Source: a virus
IMG/VR virus record: IMGVR_UViG_3300043777_000365
Span: 1-64,000 of that record
Reading direction: 5' to 3' (one strand)
Length of the DNA: 64,000 nucleotides
The notes under the pieces were generated by a model. It saw only the letters and a program-made list of their open reading frames with translations. It was not told the DNA's origin and made no database searches. Made by a program: the position numbers and the translations under genes. This document shows, piece after piece, positions 48,638 to 58,543 of this stretch (the first letter of the stretch is position 1; each line of letters starts with the position of its first letter).

Positions 48638-49036
48638 TCAACCCACGCGAGCGTTGATGCCGCTTGCACCGATGCCGCCGAACCTCGCGTCGAACGGGTT
48701 GCGGTAGCAGCTCATGATCTGGAGCATGTCGTCGACGAAGAAGATGTACCGCTGCACGAGCTGCTCGAACTGCTGGGGGTTGATCTCGATGTCCCCGACC
48801 TTCGAGGCCACGAGGGTGTCCGTGTCGTCGAAGATGATCGCGTAGACCCGGTCGCACCGGTCGAGCCCCTCTCGGAGCAAGAACTCCGCGCTCGGGATGA
48901 TGGCGTCCATCGCCGCCTCGAGGATGAAGAACGGCTCCATCGCGGCCGGGTTCCCCAAGAAATACGTCTGGGCCGCGCTCACGTTGGGCCAGCCACCGTG
49001 TTTCCGAACCCTTGCCTTCTCTTCCGGGGTGAGCAC
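48638..49036 (-). CDS. Head-tail adaptor/connector (putative)
   Basis: LTPEEKARVRKHGGW; SKVGDIEIN; 132 aa. Confidence 0.55.
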   Translation of the reverse strand: MLTPEEKARVRKHGGWPNVSAAQTYFLGNPAAMEPFFILEAAMDAIIPSAEFLLREGLDRCDRVYAIIFDDTDTLVASKVGDIEINPQQFEQLVQRYIFFVDDMLQIMSCYRNPFDARFGGIGASGINARVG

Positions 49037-49071
49037 GGGACGAGGCTACCACGCGCGGCATGATGGGCCGC

Positions 49072-49887
49072 ATGGACACCCCGACCTCGTTCCGCCGCCA
49101 TCTCCTCGACCACGGTTACCTGAAGCTCGTGGACGCTTGGGGGCGAGACGGGCTCGAGGAGGCGGTCGGCGAGGAGTCGATCATCGCGGCCGCGCGCATG
49201 TCGACGGGCAAGGGCTTCCTCGGGTGGGGTAAGTCGACATGTCGACTTTGTCGGTGGGAAGGTCAACCGGCGGACTTCCAAAGAGGCTGCCCAGGTTGTT
49301 CTCACGAAAAGACCTATGACTATCAACCTGGCGATGAGAAGCTCCTGCGCTTCCTCTACGAGAACAAGCACGCGACCCCGTTCGAGATGGCCGGAATCAC
49401 CGTCGAGGTCATGGCTCCCATCTTCGTCTTCCGGGAATGGCACCGCCACCGCACACAATCTTTCAATGAAATGAGCGCCCGCTACATCCCGCTCCCCGAC
49501 GTGAACCACGTCCCCTCGGTCGATCGCCTGATGCTCAACTCGAAGACGAACAAGCAGGCGGGGACCGTTCAAGGCGCAGAAGAGCTGACCCCGGGGGTCG
49601 CCGAGCTCGACAGGCGGGAGCTCGAGGAGGAGTGGGCGAGGCAGGAGGCGTTCTACCAACGTCGGCTGAAGCGCGGGGTGCCGAAGGAGCTCGCGCGCAC
49701 GCACATCGGGACGGGCCGCTACTCGCGCATGAGGGCGAGCGCGAACCTCCGCAACTGGCTCGGCTTCGTGACGCTGCGCTCCGCCCCCGCCGCCATGTGG
49801 GAGATCCGGATGTACTCGGACGCGCTCGGCGAGCTCGTCGGGCAGCTCTTCCCGCGCACGTGGGCCCTCTTCCAGGAGAGGCGATGA
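49072..49887 (+). CDS. thyX: Flavin-dependent thymidylate synthase
   Basis: HATPFE, PIFVFREWHRHR..SFNEMSARY, KELAR, NLRNW..F..LR..A.WEIR. Confidence 0.95.
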   Translation: MDTPTSFRRHLLDHGYLKLVDAWGRDGLEEAVGEESIIAAARMSTGKGFLGWGKSTCRLCRWEGQPADFQRGCPGCSHEKTYDYQPGDEKLLRFLYENKHATPFEMAGITVEVMAPIFVFREWHRHRTQSFNEMSARYIPLPDVNHVPSVDRLMLNSKTNKQAGTVQGAEELTPGVAELDRRELEEEWARQEAFYQRRLKRGVPKELARTHIGTGRYSRMRASANLRNWLGFVTLRSAPAAMWEIRMYSDALGELVGQLFPRTWALFQERR

Positions 49888-50047
49888 GCACCTGGAACGA
49901 CGAGCAGTCGGCCAACTGGATCGTGGTGGGCCTCGCGCTCTTCCTGTTCGTCGCGACCTCGTGCGTGCAGTGCGCCGGCCCGTGCTCCTGGCTCATGTGG
50001 GAGCCGGTGACGGACCTGCCCGCCCGCTGCCTGCCTGGGACGGGTCG

Positions 50048-50479
50048 CTAGAGCGAGTCGAACCGCCTCGGCGCCGCCTGCGGCCGCAGTGGGGCGATCG
50101 GCGGCGGGGGAACGGCCGACGGGGCGGCGAACGCCCGGACGATGCTCGGAGGCGGCAGCGCTGACTGCGGCACCCCGGCGTCCGCCGGCTGCACCGGCAC
50201 CGTCAGCACCTCGTGCTCCCGGGTGTAGCCCTCGACGTACTGGCGCAGGCGCTCGAGGTCGTCGTGCTGCTGGCGCACCTCGGCCTGCGTCTCGAGGATG
50301 CTCTTGGTCAGCTCGAGGTAGCCGGCGCGCGCCCCTTCCTCGGGCTTGAACACCGCCCCCACCGCCGTCACCAGCCCGGCCGCCGCGAGCAGCAGCGCCG
50401 CGTACCCGCGCAGGCTCGACGAGCGCGCGTGCCGCAGCGCCTCGAGCGCCGCCTCCTCCGCCTCCAAGACCTCGCCCAT
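50048..50479 (-). CDS. Membrane-anchored coiled-coil protein
   Basis: TM helix followed by coiled coil; ATG 7 nt after TAGGCT. Confidence 0.5.
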   Translation of the reverse strand: MGEVLEAEEAALEALRHARSSSLRGYAALLLAAAGLVTAVGAVFKPEEGARAGYLELTKSILETQAEVRQQHDDLERLRQYVEGYTREHEVLTVPVQPADAGVPQSALPPPSIVRAFAAPSAVPPPPIAPLRPQAAPRRFDSL

Positions 50480-50736
50480 GCCACCGAGCCTACCCCAAGC
50501 CCCGGCGCGAGCATTGCTAGCTCGCCCTCCCGGAGGCACGAAACCAAGATGGTCAACCACCGGCAGCAGTGGCAGGCAGAGGTGCGCGCGCGGCAGCTCA
50601 GGCTCGCCAAGTGCGAGCAACTAGGGCACTTGTGGGACGCGGGGTTCTTCGGGAGGGAGGTGCGGTGCGACCGGTGCGGCGCCTGCGCCGACCCCCCGGC
50701 CGTCGGCGAGATGCCTCCCGCCGTTGGCGAGATGCC

Positions 50737-51964
50737 TTAGCTCCCGACCACCCCGCCGCCCGACTGCCACGTGAACTCGCCCACCGGGCGCTTGGCCCGG
50801 CAGTGGGGGCACGTCAGCTGCCCGATCACCCCTGGGTTGCGGGCCATCTCCTTGGCCACGTCCTGGGCGAGCACCGACAGGATGCCGCACTGCTTGTGCA
50901 CGACCGCGTCACGAACGGGCCGGGGGCCGGCCTGGGCTGGCTTAGGCGCGCCTGCGGCGTCGGCCTGGGGCTTTGCCGCGTCCGGGGCCGTCGGGGCTTC
51001 CTGGGGCGGGCTGGGGGCGGCGGGCGGGGGTGCTTTCGGGTCGGCCATGGGGGGACTGTACACCAGCGTTGGAAGCCCGGGTTTCCAACCCGCGCGGCGG
51101 GACGCGGGGCGGGTCCGCGTGCACGACCACCCAATCGTTCGCGACCTCGCTCCACGCGACGTCCTTGCGGAACGCCCAGGGTGGGTGCTCCGGGAAGCTC
51201 ACGCGGGCTTGGGCCCGGGGCAGGTGCCTGGTCGGTCGGGGAGGTCGCCCGCGCAGAGGCAAGGTGGCCGATGCCCGACCTTTAGGCAGCACGGGCCGCC
51301 GCACGCGAGCTTCGTCCTGCACCACGGCCCCTCGCGGTTGTCGGTGGCGGGGGTGGGCCTCGGCCTCGTCGGGTCGGTGCTCATCGGCCGGTCCTCCGGA
51401 TCTCCTCCAGGATGGCGCGGGCGCGACGCACCATGGCGGCCTGGTGGAGGTCGCTCATCGACCGCACCTCCATGCGGACCTCGGCCTCGCCGAGGTTGCG
51501 GACCGGACTCCGTTGGTGTTCGCCACCATGCTTGTGGCAGAGGAGGTCCCCCACCGAATCGTCGGGGTAAACCTCGGCCGGCTCCTGGCAAAAGACGCAG
51601 GTGGCGAGGTTCCGGTTGTTGTGGAGGAACGCGAGCGCGGTCATCTCCGTGTTGAGGTCGAGGCTCCTGCGCAGCTCGTCGCTCATCGGGAGAGCCCTCG
51701 ACGCCGCAGCTCCTCGACGGCGTCGTCCACCTCGCGCTGCAACCGCCTGGCGAAGTTCCCGAGGTGGTCCGGGTTGAAGTCGTCCTCCGGCACACGGATG
51801 ACCGCGCTGCACTCGTGCCGGGCCATGCGCACCTCCACGACGGCCGCGTGGATCATGAGCGTCAAGAGGACCACGGCACATTCCCGTGGGGTCCAGTTCT
51901 TCGACCCAGACTCGAGCTGCACGACGAGCCTCAGCTTGGAGCAAACCTCGTTCACGGTCGGCAT
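50737..51964 (-). other. Cluster of small hypothetical ORFs (50737-51048, 51199-51384, 51381-51686, 51683-51964)
   Basis: Coupled ORFs, several with CxxC. Confidence 0.5.
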
Positions 51965-53253
51965 CAGACCAGCTCCGGGTTCTTGAACAGCTCCGCGAAC
52001 GTGAACGGTGGCGCGCTGACGGCCGGGTTCCACTGCTGCATCGCGGCGCAGTACTTCGCCATGATGAGGTCCTGCGACTCGGGGGCGAGCCCGGACCACC
52101 TCCGCAGCTCGTCCCCCTCCAGCGTCGACGCGAGCCGCAGGCGCAGGTCGGGGCACGTCGGCAGGTGCTGCTCGCCGGGGATGCACCGGCAGGTCGACGA
52201 CTTGCCGTGCCGGTCGGCAAGAACGGGTCCACCATCTCCAGTCCGGGTTGTGATCGTGTTCATCGCCTCCAGGTTCTCGGGGGTGTTGGGCTTGGCGACG
52301 TAGGTCTTCACCGCCTCCTCCACCTGCCGCTGGACCACGTCCTTCAAAGCTCGCTCGGCCTTCTCGAACCTGCCCCTCCAATAATCCTCGTTCGTCGCGT
52401 GGAAAGCCGCCGTCTCGACCCAGTTGGTCGCGAACTTCTCGAGCATCGCCACGTAGTCGGCCGCCGGCCCGGGGATGTCCTTGAGGTTGGGGAACCACTT
52501 GGGCCGTAACGCCTCGACGATCTCCTCGGCCATCTTCCTCCGGTCTCGGTCGATGTCCGCCTGCGGCTTGTCGAGCTGGCCGCTCGCGCTCTCGTCGACG
52601 AGGTATGCCGGGTATGCCGTGCGGCCGATCCCGCAGCGGTTGCACACCAGCATCTTCCCGTCCTCCGTCGACCAGTCGTGCTGCTCGCACGGTCGCGACG
52701 GCTGCCTTTCAGGCTGGCTGACGTCGCCCCGCGCGAGCGAGTTTCCGTAGCCCTCGGCCCGACGACGCGCGGGCTCCCGGGCCATGACCTCCTCGAACTT
52801 CTCCTTCCAATACCTCGCCCCCTTCCAGTCACACTCGGGCACGTCGACGACGGTGGTCGCGTCCCCCATGTCGACGTGGACGGTGCACGGTGGCCCGCTT
52901 CGCCCCTCTAGGTAGAGGGTCACCCGATGGGGCATCGGGGTGCCAGCGTCCACCGCGTAGAGGGTCACCCGATGGGGCATCGGGGTGCCAGCGTCCACCG
53001 CCCCCAGCGGGATCGGGACGCTGCCGACGATCCTCCCGTCGAGCGCGACGTGCACCGCGGGCCCGTCCACCTTCGCCGGCTCCTCCCGCGGGTCCAGGTG
53101 GCGGAACAGCACCCACGTCCCCTCGAGCAGAGACGGCTGCCCCGTCCCGTCGAGCCCCGTCACGTACTCGAGCCCGTCCGACCTCGCGTCGTTCAGGAAC
53201 TTGACCCTCGCCTCCCGAGAGGACCCGACGAACTGCTTGTACACGTAACCCAT
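51964..53253 (-). CDS. Hypothetical mosaic protein containing a 15-aa tandem duplication
   Basis: Starts MGYVYKQF; AVDAGTPMPHRVTLY occurs twice. Confidence 0.55.
   Translation of the reverse strand: MGYVYKQFVGSSREARVKFLNDARSDGLEYVTGLDGTGQPSLLEGTWVLFRHLDPREEPAKVDGPAVHVALDGRIVGSVPIPLGAVDAGTPMPHRVTLYAVDAGTPMPHRVTLYLEGRSGPPCTVHVDMGDATTVVDVPECDWKGARYWKEKFEEVMAREPARRRAEGYGNSLARGDVSQPERQPSRPCEQHDWSTEDGKMLVCNRCGIGRTAYPAYLVDESASGQLDKPQADIDRDRRKMAEEIVEALRPKWFPNLKDIPGPAADYVAMLEKFATNWVETAAFHATNEDYWRGRFEKAERALKDVVQRQVEEAVKTYVAKPNTPENLEAMNTITTRTGDGGPVLADRHGKSSTCRCIPGEQHLPTCPDLRLRLASTLEGDELRRWSGLAPESQDLIMAKYCAAMQQWNPAVSAPPFTFAELFKNPELV
52912..53001. repeat. Perfect 45-bp tandem duplication
   Basis: 52912-52956 is identical to 52957-53001. 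Confidence 0.9.
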
Positions 53254-53366
53254 TGCCTGCCTCCGACCCTGAAATAGGAAAGGCCGGCCGAGCAAACCGT
53301 TAGCGCCCAGGCCGGCCTGGCGCCCGGACCATCCGGCCGCCTCCCCCATCATGCCGCGAGGACCGC

Positions 53367-53762
53367 TCAGCCCGCGGCCTCCGCCGCCTCGGCCGCCTGG
53401 TCGATCTCCTCGAGCTTCACCCCCTGCCGGCGGATGGACGGGATGTCGAAGTACCTCTCGTCGAGCTCCTTGCCCTCGTTGATCTTGAACTGCCGGCCGC
53501 CGCGGCCGACGACGAGCTGCACCATCCCGTCCTGGTTCCGGGGCACCTTGGTCACCCGGTACTTCCTCGGGAGGGGGACGGCGTCGACCCGCTCCTGCCG
53601 CTCCTGCTGGAAGGTGCGCTGCACCTCCTGGCGGGCGAGCGGGGGCAGCGGCTGGCGCGGGCCCCCGTTCATCCCGGAGCCGGACAGCTCCTGGTCGTCG
53701 GGGTTCCCGCTGCCCCCGCCCTCCTCGTACACCTGGTTCGGCTTGCGCTCCGCTCTCGGCAT
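53367..53762 (-). CDS. Hypothetical protein downstream of the capsid gene
   Basis: RBS GGAGG; 131 aa. Confidence 0.6.
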   Translation of the reverse strand: MPRAERKPNQVYEEGGGSGNPDDQELSGSGMNGGPRQPLPPLARQEVQRTFQQERQERVDAVPLPRKYRVTKVPRNQDGMVQLVVGRGGRQFKINEGKELDERYFDIPSIRRQGVKLEEIDQAAEAAEAAG

Positions 53763-53810
53763 GTTCGTGGCCTCCGGAGGACGAAGCTACCACGCGGCAT
53801 GCTGGTGGGC

Positions 53811-54053
53811 ATGGGAGATGTCCACGCGAGCGTCTGCATCTTCTGCCTCCGGCCCGAGGGCGACGCCCGCGCCTGGTGCCCTGACAACCCCGGCCGCGGC
53901 TGCACCTACGGGCTCGCCCACGAGCACCCGGCCGGGCCGAGGCCGAAGCCCAAGACGGCCACCGTCGCCAACGCGAGGTGCCTCAAGTGCGGGCTCCACC
54001 CCAAGAACCCGGCCTACCGCGTCATCGTGTGCGCCCACGAGCACGCGGCTTGA
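53811..54053 (+). CDS. Small Cys/His-rich accessory protein
   Basis: 7 nt after CATGCT; two CxxC motifs. Confidence 0.5.
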   Translation: MGDVHASVCIFCLRPEGDARAWCPDNPGRGCTYGLAHEHPAGPRPKPKTATVANARCLKCGLHPKNPAYRVIVCAHEHAA

Positions 54054-54171
54054 ACCAAGGGTTTGGAAACCCGGGTTTCCAAAAAGCACGAGGGTCCGGA
54101 GGCCGTGGCCGCCGAGCCCTCGTCCGGCCATGCGCCGGTTGCCTAGCTCAGACAGAAGCTAAGTAGCTATG

Positions 54172-55578
54172 TCACGTGGCACTTTGTAGGACCACGGCCC
54201 GCTTGAAGAGGGCCGTGCTGGTCGTCGCCCCGAGGTCCGTCGGCACCGGGAAGCAGGTGCTGATGGACCAGGTCGCGCGGACCATGTCCTGCAGTCGGTC
54301 GATCGGGCTCGCGATGACCAGGCGGATGCGGTCCGTCTGGATCGAGATGCCCTGGTTGACGACGTCGAACTCGCCCACCTTGCCCGTGACGCCGGCCTCC
54401 GAGACGTACTGGTTCTCGTTGACCCAGCGCTCGTAGAGGGCGCCGCGGCCCGTGATGAGGGTCTGCGAGATCTGCACCCCCGTGTAGTTGATGATCTCGC
54501 TGCCGAGCTCCTGCGCGTACAGCGCCGGCTGCCCGGAGACCGTGAGCGTCTGGTTGCCCGTGTTGATGGGCGCCGGCGACTCCGTGTTCATGAAGAACTT
54601 GATGCCGACCTGCGGGACGGGGAAGCCGTTGATGTAGCTCTCCGACTGGGGCAGGGCGGTGTAAAGGCGCTGGTAGGCCGGGTCCGCGAACAGCTGGGCC
54701 GCGACGTTCGGGGCCAGGTGCGCGTGGTAGAAGCCGTCCTCGTGCGGCTGGACGTTGTTCGCCCGGAGCACGGTGGCCGCGTTCAGGAAGTCCTGCATCA
54801 CGACGATGTCGGCGCTGCTGATGGCGTCGATGCTGTTGCCGCCGCCCGACCGGATGACCACCGGGGCGTTGTTGCTGTAGATGGGCGTGCGGACCGCGAG
54901 CGCCGAGCCGATCTGCGCGGACAGCTGGAGGATGCCCGGGCCGTTCAGCGGGTCGGCCGGGTTCAGGCTCGTGTACCCGATGACGTTCGCCGTCACCGTC
55001 ACCGTCGGGCTGACGATGATGCTGATGGGCAGCGGGTTGGCCGAGGACACGCCCACCGGGCGCACCGTGGAGCCCATCTGCACGACCGTCGTGAACCCGT
55101 TGAGCGACGCCACGTTGAGGACCGTGTCGGTCGTCAGCTGGGTCGCCGTCGTGAGCGTCTGCCCGGACAGGTACGCCTGGAAGAGCGCGTCGCGGGAGAC
55201 CCGGTTCACCGTCTGCCCGGCCTGCAGGCCGAGCTGCTGCAGGTTCCTCATGAACTGGTCGGCGTTCGACCAGACCGAGGTCGGCATGTGCGTGTCGATG
55301 CCGCTGCCGTAGCGCAGGAGGTTGACGTACCACTGCTCGTACTGGAGCGCCTGCGGCTGCGGGTCCTGCCCCGCGATGAGCGGGGTGATGGCCGGCGCGA
55401 GCAGGCTCGGGCGGGTCTCGATGGTCTGCACGCCGGTGTGCGCCGGCCACTCCTCGGCCATCGCCTCGGTGCGGTACAGGAGGGCGGGGTAGAGGGCGTC
55501 GTGGAACGCGCGCTCGAGCAGGCCGGTCTGCACCAGCTGGACGATCGACGGGGGGATGCCGAGGATTACACCGGCCAT
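54172..55578 (-). CDS. Major capsid protein
   Basis: 468 aa downstream of a scaffold-like gene; LERAFHDALYP, LRANNVQP..DGFY, FKRAVV; long structured UTR. Confidence 0.8.
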   Translation of the reverse strand: MAGVILGIPPSIVQLVQTGLLERAFHDALYPALLYRTEAMAEEWPAHTGVQTIETRPSLLAPAITPLIAGQDPQPQALQYEQWYVNLLRYGSGIDTHMPTSVWSNADQFMRNLQQLGLQAGQTVNRVSRDALFQAYLSGQTLTTATQLTTDTVLNVASLNGFTTVVQMGSTVRPVGVSSANPLPISIIVSPTVTVTANVIGYTSLNPADPLNGPGILQLSAQIGSALAVRTPIYSNNAPVVIRSGGGNSIDAISSADIVVMQDFLNAATVLRANNVQPHEDGFYHAHLAPNVAAQLFADPAYQRLYTALPQSESYINGFPVPQVGIKFFMNTESPAPINTGNQTLTVSGQPALYAQELGSEIINYTGVQISQTLITGRGALYERWVNENQYVSEAGVTGKVGEFDVVNQGISIQTDRIRLVIASPIDRLQDMVRATWSISTCFPVPTDLGATTSTALFKRAVVLQSAT

Positions 55579-55661
55579 GGTTGTGGACTCCTAACTTCGG
55601 GATGAACGACGACGAGAGAGGGCTTTCGCTCCTCGATCCGCTCGCTCACTTCGCCCCGGGA

Positions 55662-55711
55662 GTCCACGCTGGCCGCTGGGGGCCTGTCCGCCGTGGTCGC
55701 GGTGTTGGGGG
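55662..55711 (-). ncRNA. Conserved structured 5' UTR motif, copy 2 (major capsid)
   Basis: Matches 43537-43587 with a compensatory base-pair change. Confidence 0.65.
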
Positions 55712-55780
55712 TCCGTGCTCTTACGTTGGCGCCAGAATGCGGGCAGCCCCGCGGCTAAGTCAAGCGCCGGGGTTGCCCCG

Positions 55781-56612
55781 TCACTTCCCGGGCGGCCTCT
55801 TGTCCAGGCCCTTCTCGGCCAGGAGCGCGGCGAGGTCCTCCTCGTGGAGGCAGTCGACCATGCACGCGCCGCTCATGCCGGCGGTCGTGGTCGGAGCGAT
55901 GTAGCCGTTGCAGTAGTCGTTGCCGGGGGTCGCGTCGACCAGCACTCCGACAGCCGTGATGCGCCCCGTGTTGCCGAGCTGGATGACCCTGTCGCCGTTC
56001 TTCGCTTCTCTTCCGTTTCGGTAGTGCATGGTCGTTTCTCCTATGGTTCGAACGTGAAAACTTGCCGGGGGCAGGCCAACCCGATGCCGGGGACGTCCAT
56101 GTGGCGGGCCTTCGGCTGGTCGCAGCGCCGGCAGACTCGGTCGTTGTCCGGGTCCTCGCCCCGCTTCCTCGCCTGCTCGATCAACCTCTCGAACTCGGAG
56201 AGCCTCTCGCCCAGGGGCGGAGGGCCGCCGTACATCAGCCTCACGGGAGCACGATCTCGGCCACCGACCTGGGGAAGGAGACCCCCGCAGCCGGGGACCC
56301 GCCCCCGTCGACGGGCACCGGCGCGAAGCCGAAGTCCTCGTCGCGCCTGTAGCCCTTCGGGACGAGCGCGCCGTAGTAGCGGCGGGCCTCCTCGGGGGTC
56401 AGCTCGTCGACCCCCCTCCCCTCGAACATTACGCTGAGCAGCTTGTCGGAGAGGTGCTTCACCTCCGCCGACAGCTCGAGGATCTTGTCCTGGTCCCGCT
56501 CCCACGCGACCTCGAGCCTGCGCATGCACCTCGGGCACTCCGCCACGTGAGACGTCGCGATGGCGAGGCCCGCCCGGTGCTGGTCGCAGGCGAACGTCCT
56601 CGGCCAGCTCAT
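55781..56612 (-). other. Three small hypothetical ORFs (55781-56029, approx. 56041-56234, 56241-56612)
   Basis: ORF track; the first begins MHYRNGREAKNGD. Confidence 0.55.
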
Positions 56613-57598
56613 TGCTGCTGGACGGGCGGGGGCGCTCGCATGATGGCCTGCTGCACCTGCGCCACCTCGGCCGGGGTCAGGCTGTTCGGCCTGCCGCTCG
56701 CCATGGTCTTCCCGGGGAACATCTGCTGCACGATGCTGCTCTCCCCGGACGACGGCCGCTGCGGCGTCTGGCGGTTGTTGTTCGGGGGCGCGCCGCTGCT
56801 CATCGGCCGGCCGTTCTGCGGCTGCGCTTGGGCCGGCGGCTGCTGCGCCGGGGGCTGCTGCTGGTGCTGCGCGTCGGGCTGACCGCCGGCGTCGTCCGCC
56901 GGGGCCTGCTGCTGCGCCTGCTTGAAGCCGAGGCTCACGCACTTCTTGTCGAACCACTCGCGCAGCCGGCGCTCGCCGTGGCCGCGCTTCGGGTTGAGCT
57001 TCTTCAGGAGGTGCCGGTCGCTCCGGAGCTCGGTCTTCAGGATCTTGATGACCTCGCCCATCTTGTCGGTGGGCACGACGTCTCCGGCGACGCGCGAGAT
57101 GCGCCTGTCCCAGCGCTGCACGCTCACCTTGTCCTTGTACTTCTCCATCCGGCGGACGGCGTGGCGGGCGTGGCGCTCGGCGGCGGCCTTGTCCGCCTCG
57201 TACTTCTGCTTCTCCGTCATCGAGTCGCGCTGCCGCTGCTCCTCCGCCTCCTTGAGCTTCGCGTACTCCTGCTGCCGCGCCTTCAGCGCCTCGCGCATCT
57301 GGTCGCTGTTCGTCCCGCTCGGGAAGTCCAGCCCCATCTCCTTGCCCCACGAGCGCAGCTCCTTGCGGCCGTACTTGGACAGCTGCTTCTGGAACTCGCG
57401 CCGCGACAGCCGGTAGAAGCCGTCCTTGTCCGGGGCCGGGGGCTCGCCCGAGTCGACCGGCGGGGGCTGTCCCCCGGCCGCCTGCTGCGTCTGCGCGGGC
57501 GGAGCCGCGGGGGTCCCCGTCGCCGGGGGTGCTGCCGGCGGGGCCGCCGGCGGCGCTCCCCCCACGGGCTGGTTCGGCTGCTCCACGACCTCGGCCAT
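56609..57598 (-). CDS. Capsid scaffolding protein (putative)
   Basis: Pro/Ala-rich ends, central coiled coil with ..MTEKQK; upstream of the capsid gene. Confidence 0.65.
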   Translation of the reverse strand: MAEVVEQPNQPVGGAPPAAPPAAPPATGTPAAPPAQTQQAAGGQPPPVDSGEPPAPDKDGFYRLSRREFQKQLSKYGRKELRSWGKEMGLDFPSGTNSDQMREALKARQQEYAKLKEAEEQRQRDSMTEKQKYEADKAAAERHARHAVRRMEKYKDKVSVQRWDRRISRVAGDVVPTDKMGEVIKILKTELRSDRHLLKKLNPKRGHGERRLREWFDKKCVSLGFKQAQQQAPADDAGGQPDAQHQQQPPAQQPPAQAQPQNGRPMSSGAPPNNNRQTPQRPSSGESSIVQQMFPGKTMASGRPNSLTPAEVAQVQQAIMRAPPPVQQQ

Positions 57599-57674
57599 GC
57601 GTGCTTCTCCCTTGTGCTCTCTTCGTTGTGTGCTGCTCGGGGCCCGGCTCCGGGGCCCCTTCCGTCTTCCGACC

Positions 57675-58484
57675 TTAGGTGAACAGGGCCGTGTTCGGCA
57701 CCGCGCCGCCGTTGGCCTGCTCGAGGATGGAGTTGAGGTCGGTCGTCTGGGCGCTCGCCCCGGTGAGCTGCGCCCCCGGGATCTGCGTCGTCGACACGAG
57801 CCCGCTCGCGACGAGCAGGTCGACCTGGCACTGGGTCACCACGTCGGTGGCGCTGTTGAAGTAGACCTTCGTCCCGTCCTTGGAGAGGGCGGCGGTGAGG
57901 GTCGCGGTGTTCGTGGTCGCCGGCACGAGGATCTGCTTCTGGCCGGTGAAGGTCGCGACGGTGGCGTTCGCCTGCAGCAGCAGGATGGCCAGCCCGGAGT
58001 AGGGGGCCGGGATGGTCGCGACGCCGGCCGGGGCGGCGAGCGTGAGGCTCGTGATGCCGAGCTTGCTGTTCGCCTGGTTGCCGAGCACGTCGCCCTTCTG
58101 CGGCGTGTAGATGACGTCCACGCTCGTGACCGCGTCGGACGTGAGGAAGACGATGTCGCCGTTGGGGGCGATGGCCGCCTGCGTGGTGGTCGGCGTGGTG
58201 CCGTACGCGACGATGGTGAACTCGCCCGCGGCCGCGGTCGCCGTGCGGACGGTGACGCGGTGGAGGATGGCGGCCTTCGCGTCCTGCGGCAGCTGGATGG
58301 CCGAGAGCGTCGAGACCTGCTGCGGGTAGGCCGCGACGGGCGTCCTGCCGCGCAGGTAGACCGGCATCCCGCGGAGCGCGTCGCCGAAGGCGATGCTTCG
58401 CAGCATGTCGGCGAGCACGTTGGGGTCGGCGCGGTTGAGCGCCTCACGGACCGACTCGTTGCTGGAGGTCTGCGCGATCGTCAT
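57675..58484 (-). CDS. Virion structural protein (head decoration-like)
   Basis: Thr/Ala-rich, in the head module. Confidence 0.5.
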   Translation of the reverse strand: MTIAQTSSNESVREALNRADPNVLADMLRSIAFGDALRGMPVYLRGRTPVAAYPQQVSTLSAIQLPQDAKAAILHRVTVRTATAAAGEFTIVAYGTTPTTTQAAIAPNGDIVFLTSDAVTSVDVIYTPQKGDVLGNQANSKLGITSLTLAAPAGVATIPAPYSGLAILLLQANATVATFTGQKQILVPATTNTATLTAALSKDGTKVYFNSATDVVTQCQVDLLVASGLVSTTQIPGAQLTGASAQTTDLNSILEQANGGAVPNTALFT

Positions 58485-58543
58485 GGCTTGGAATCTCCCT
58501 CGGGGGTGTTGCTGAGACTTCTATCAGCGCTCGGGCGCGCTTG

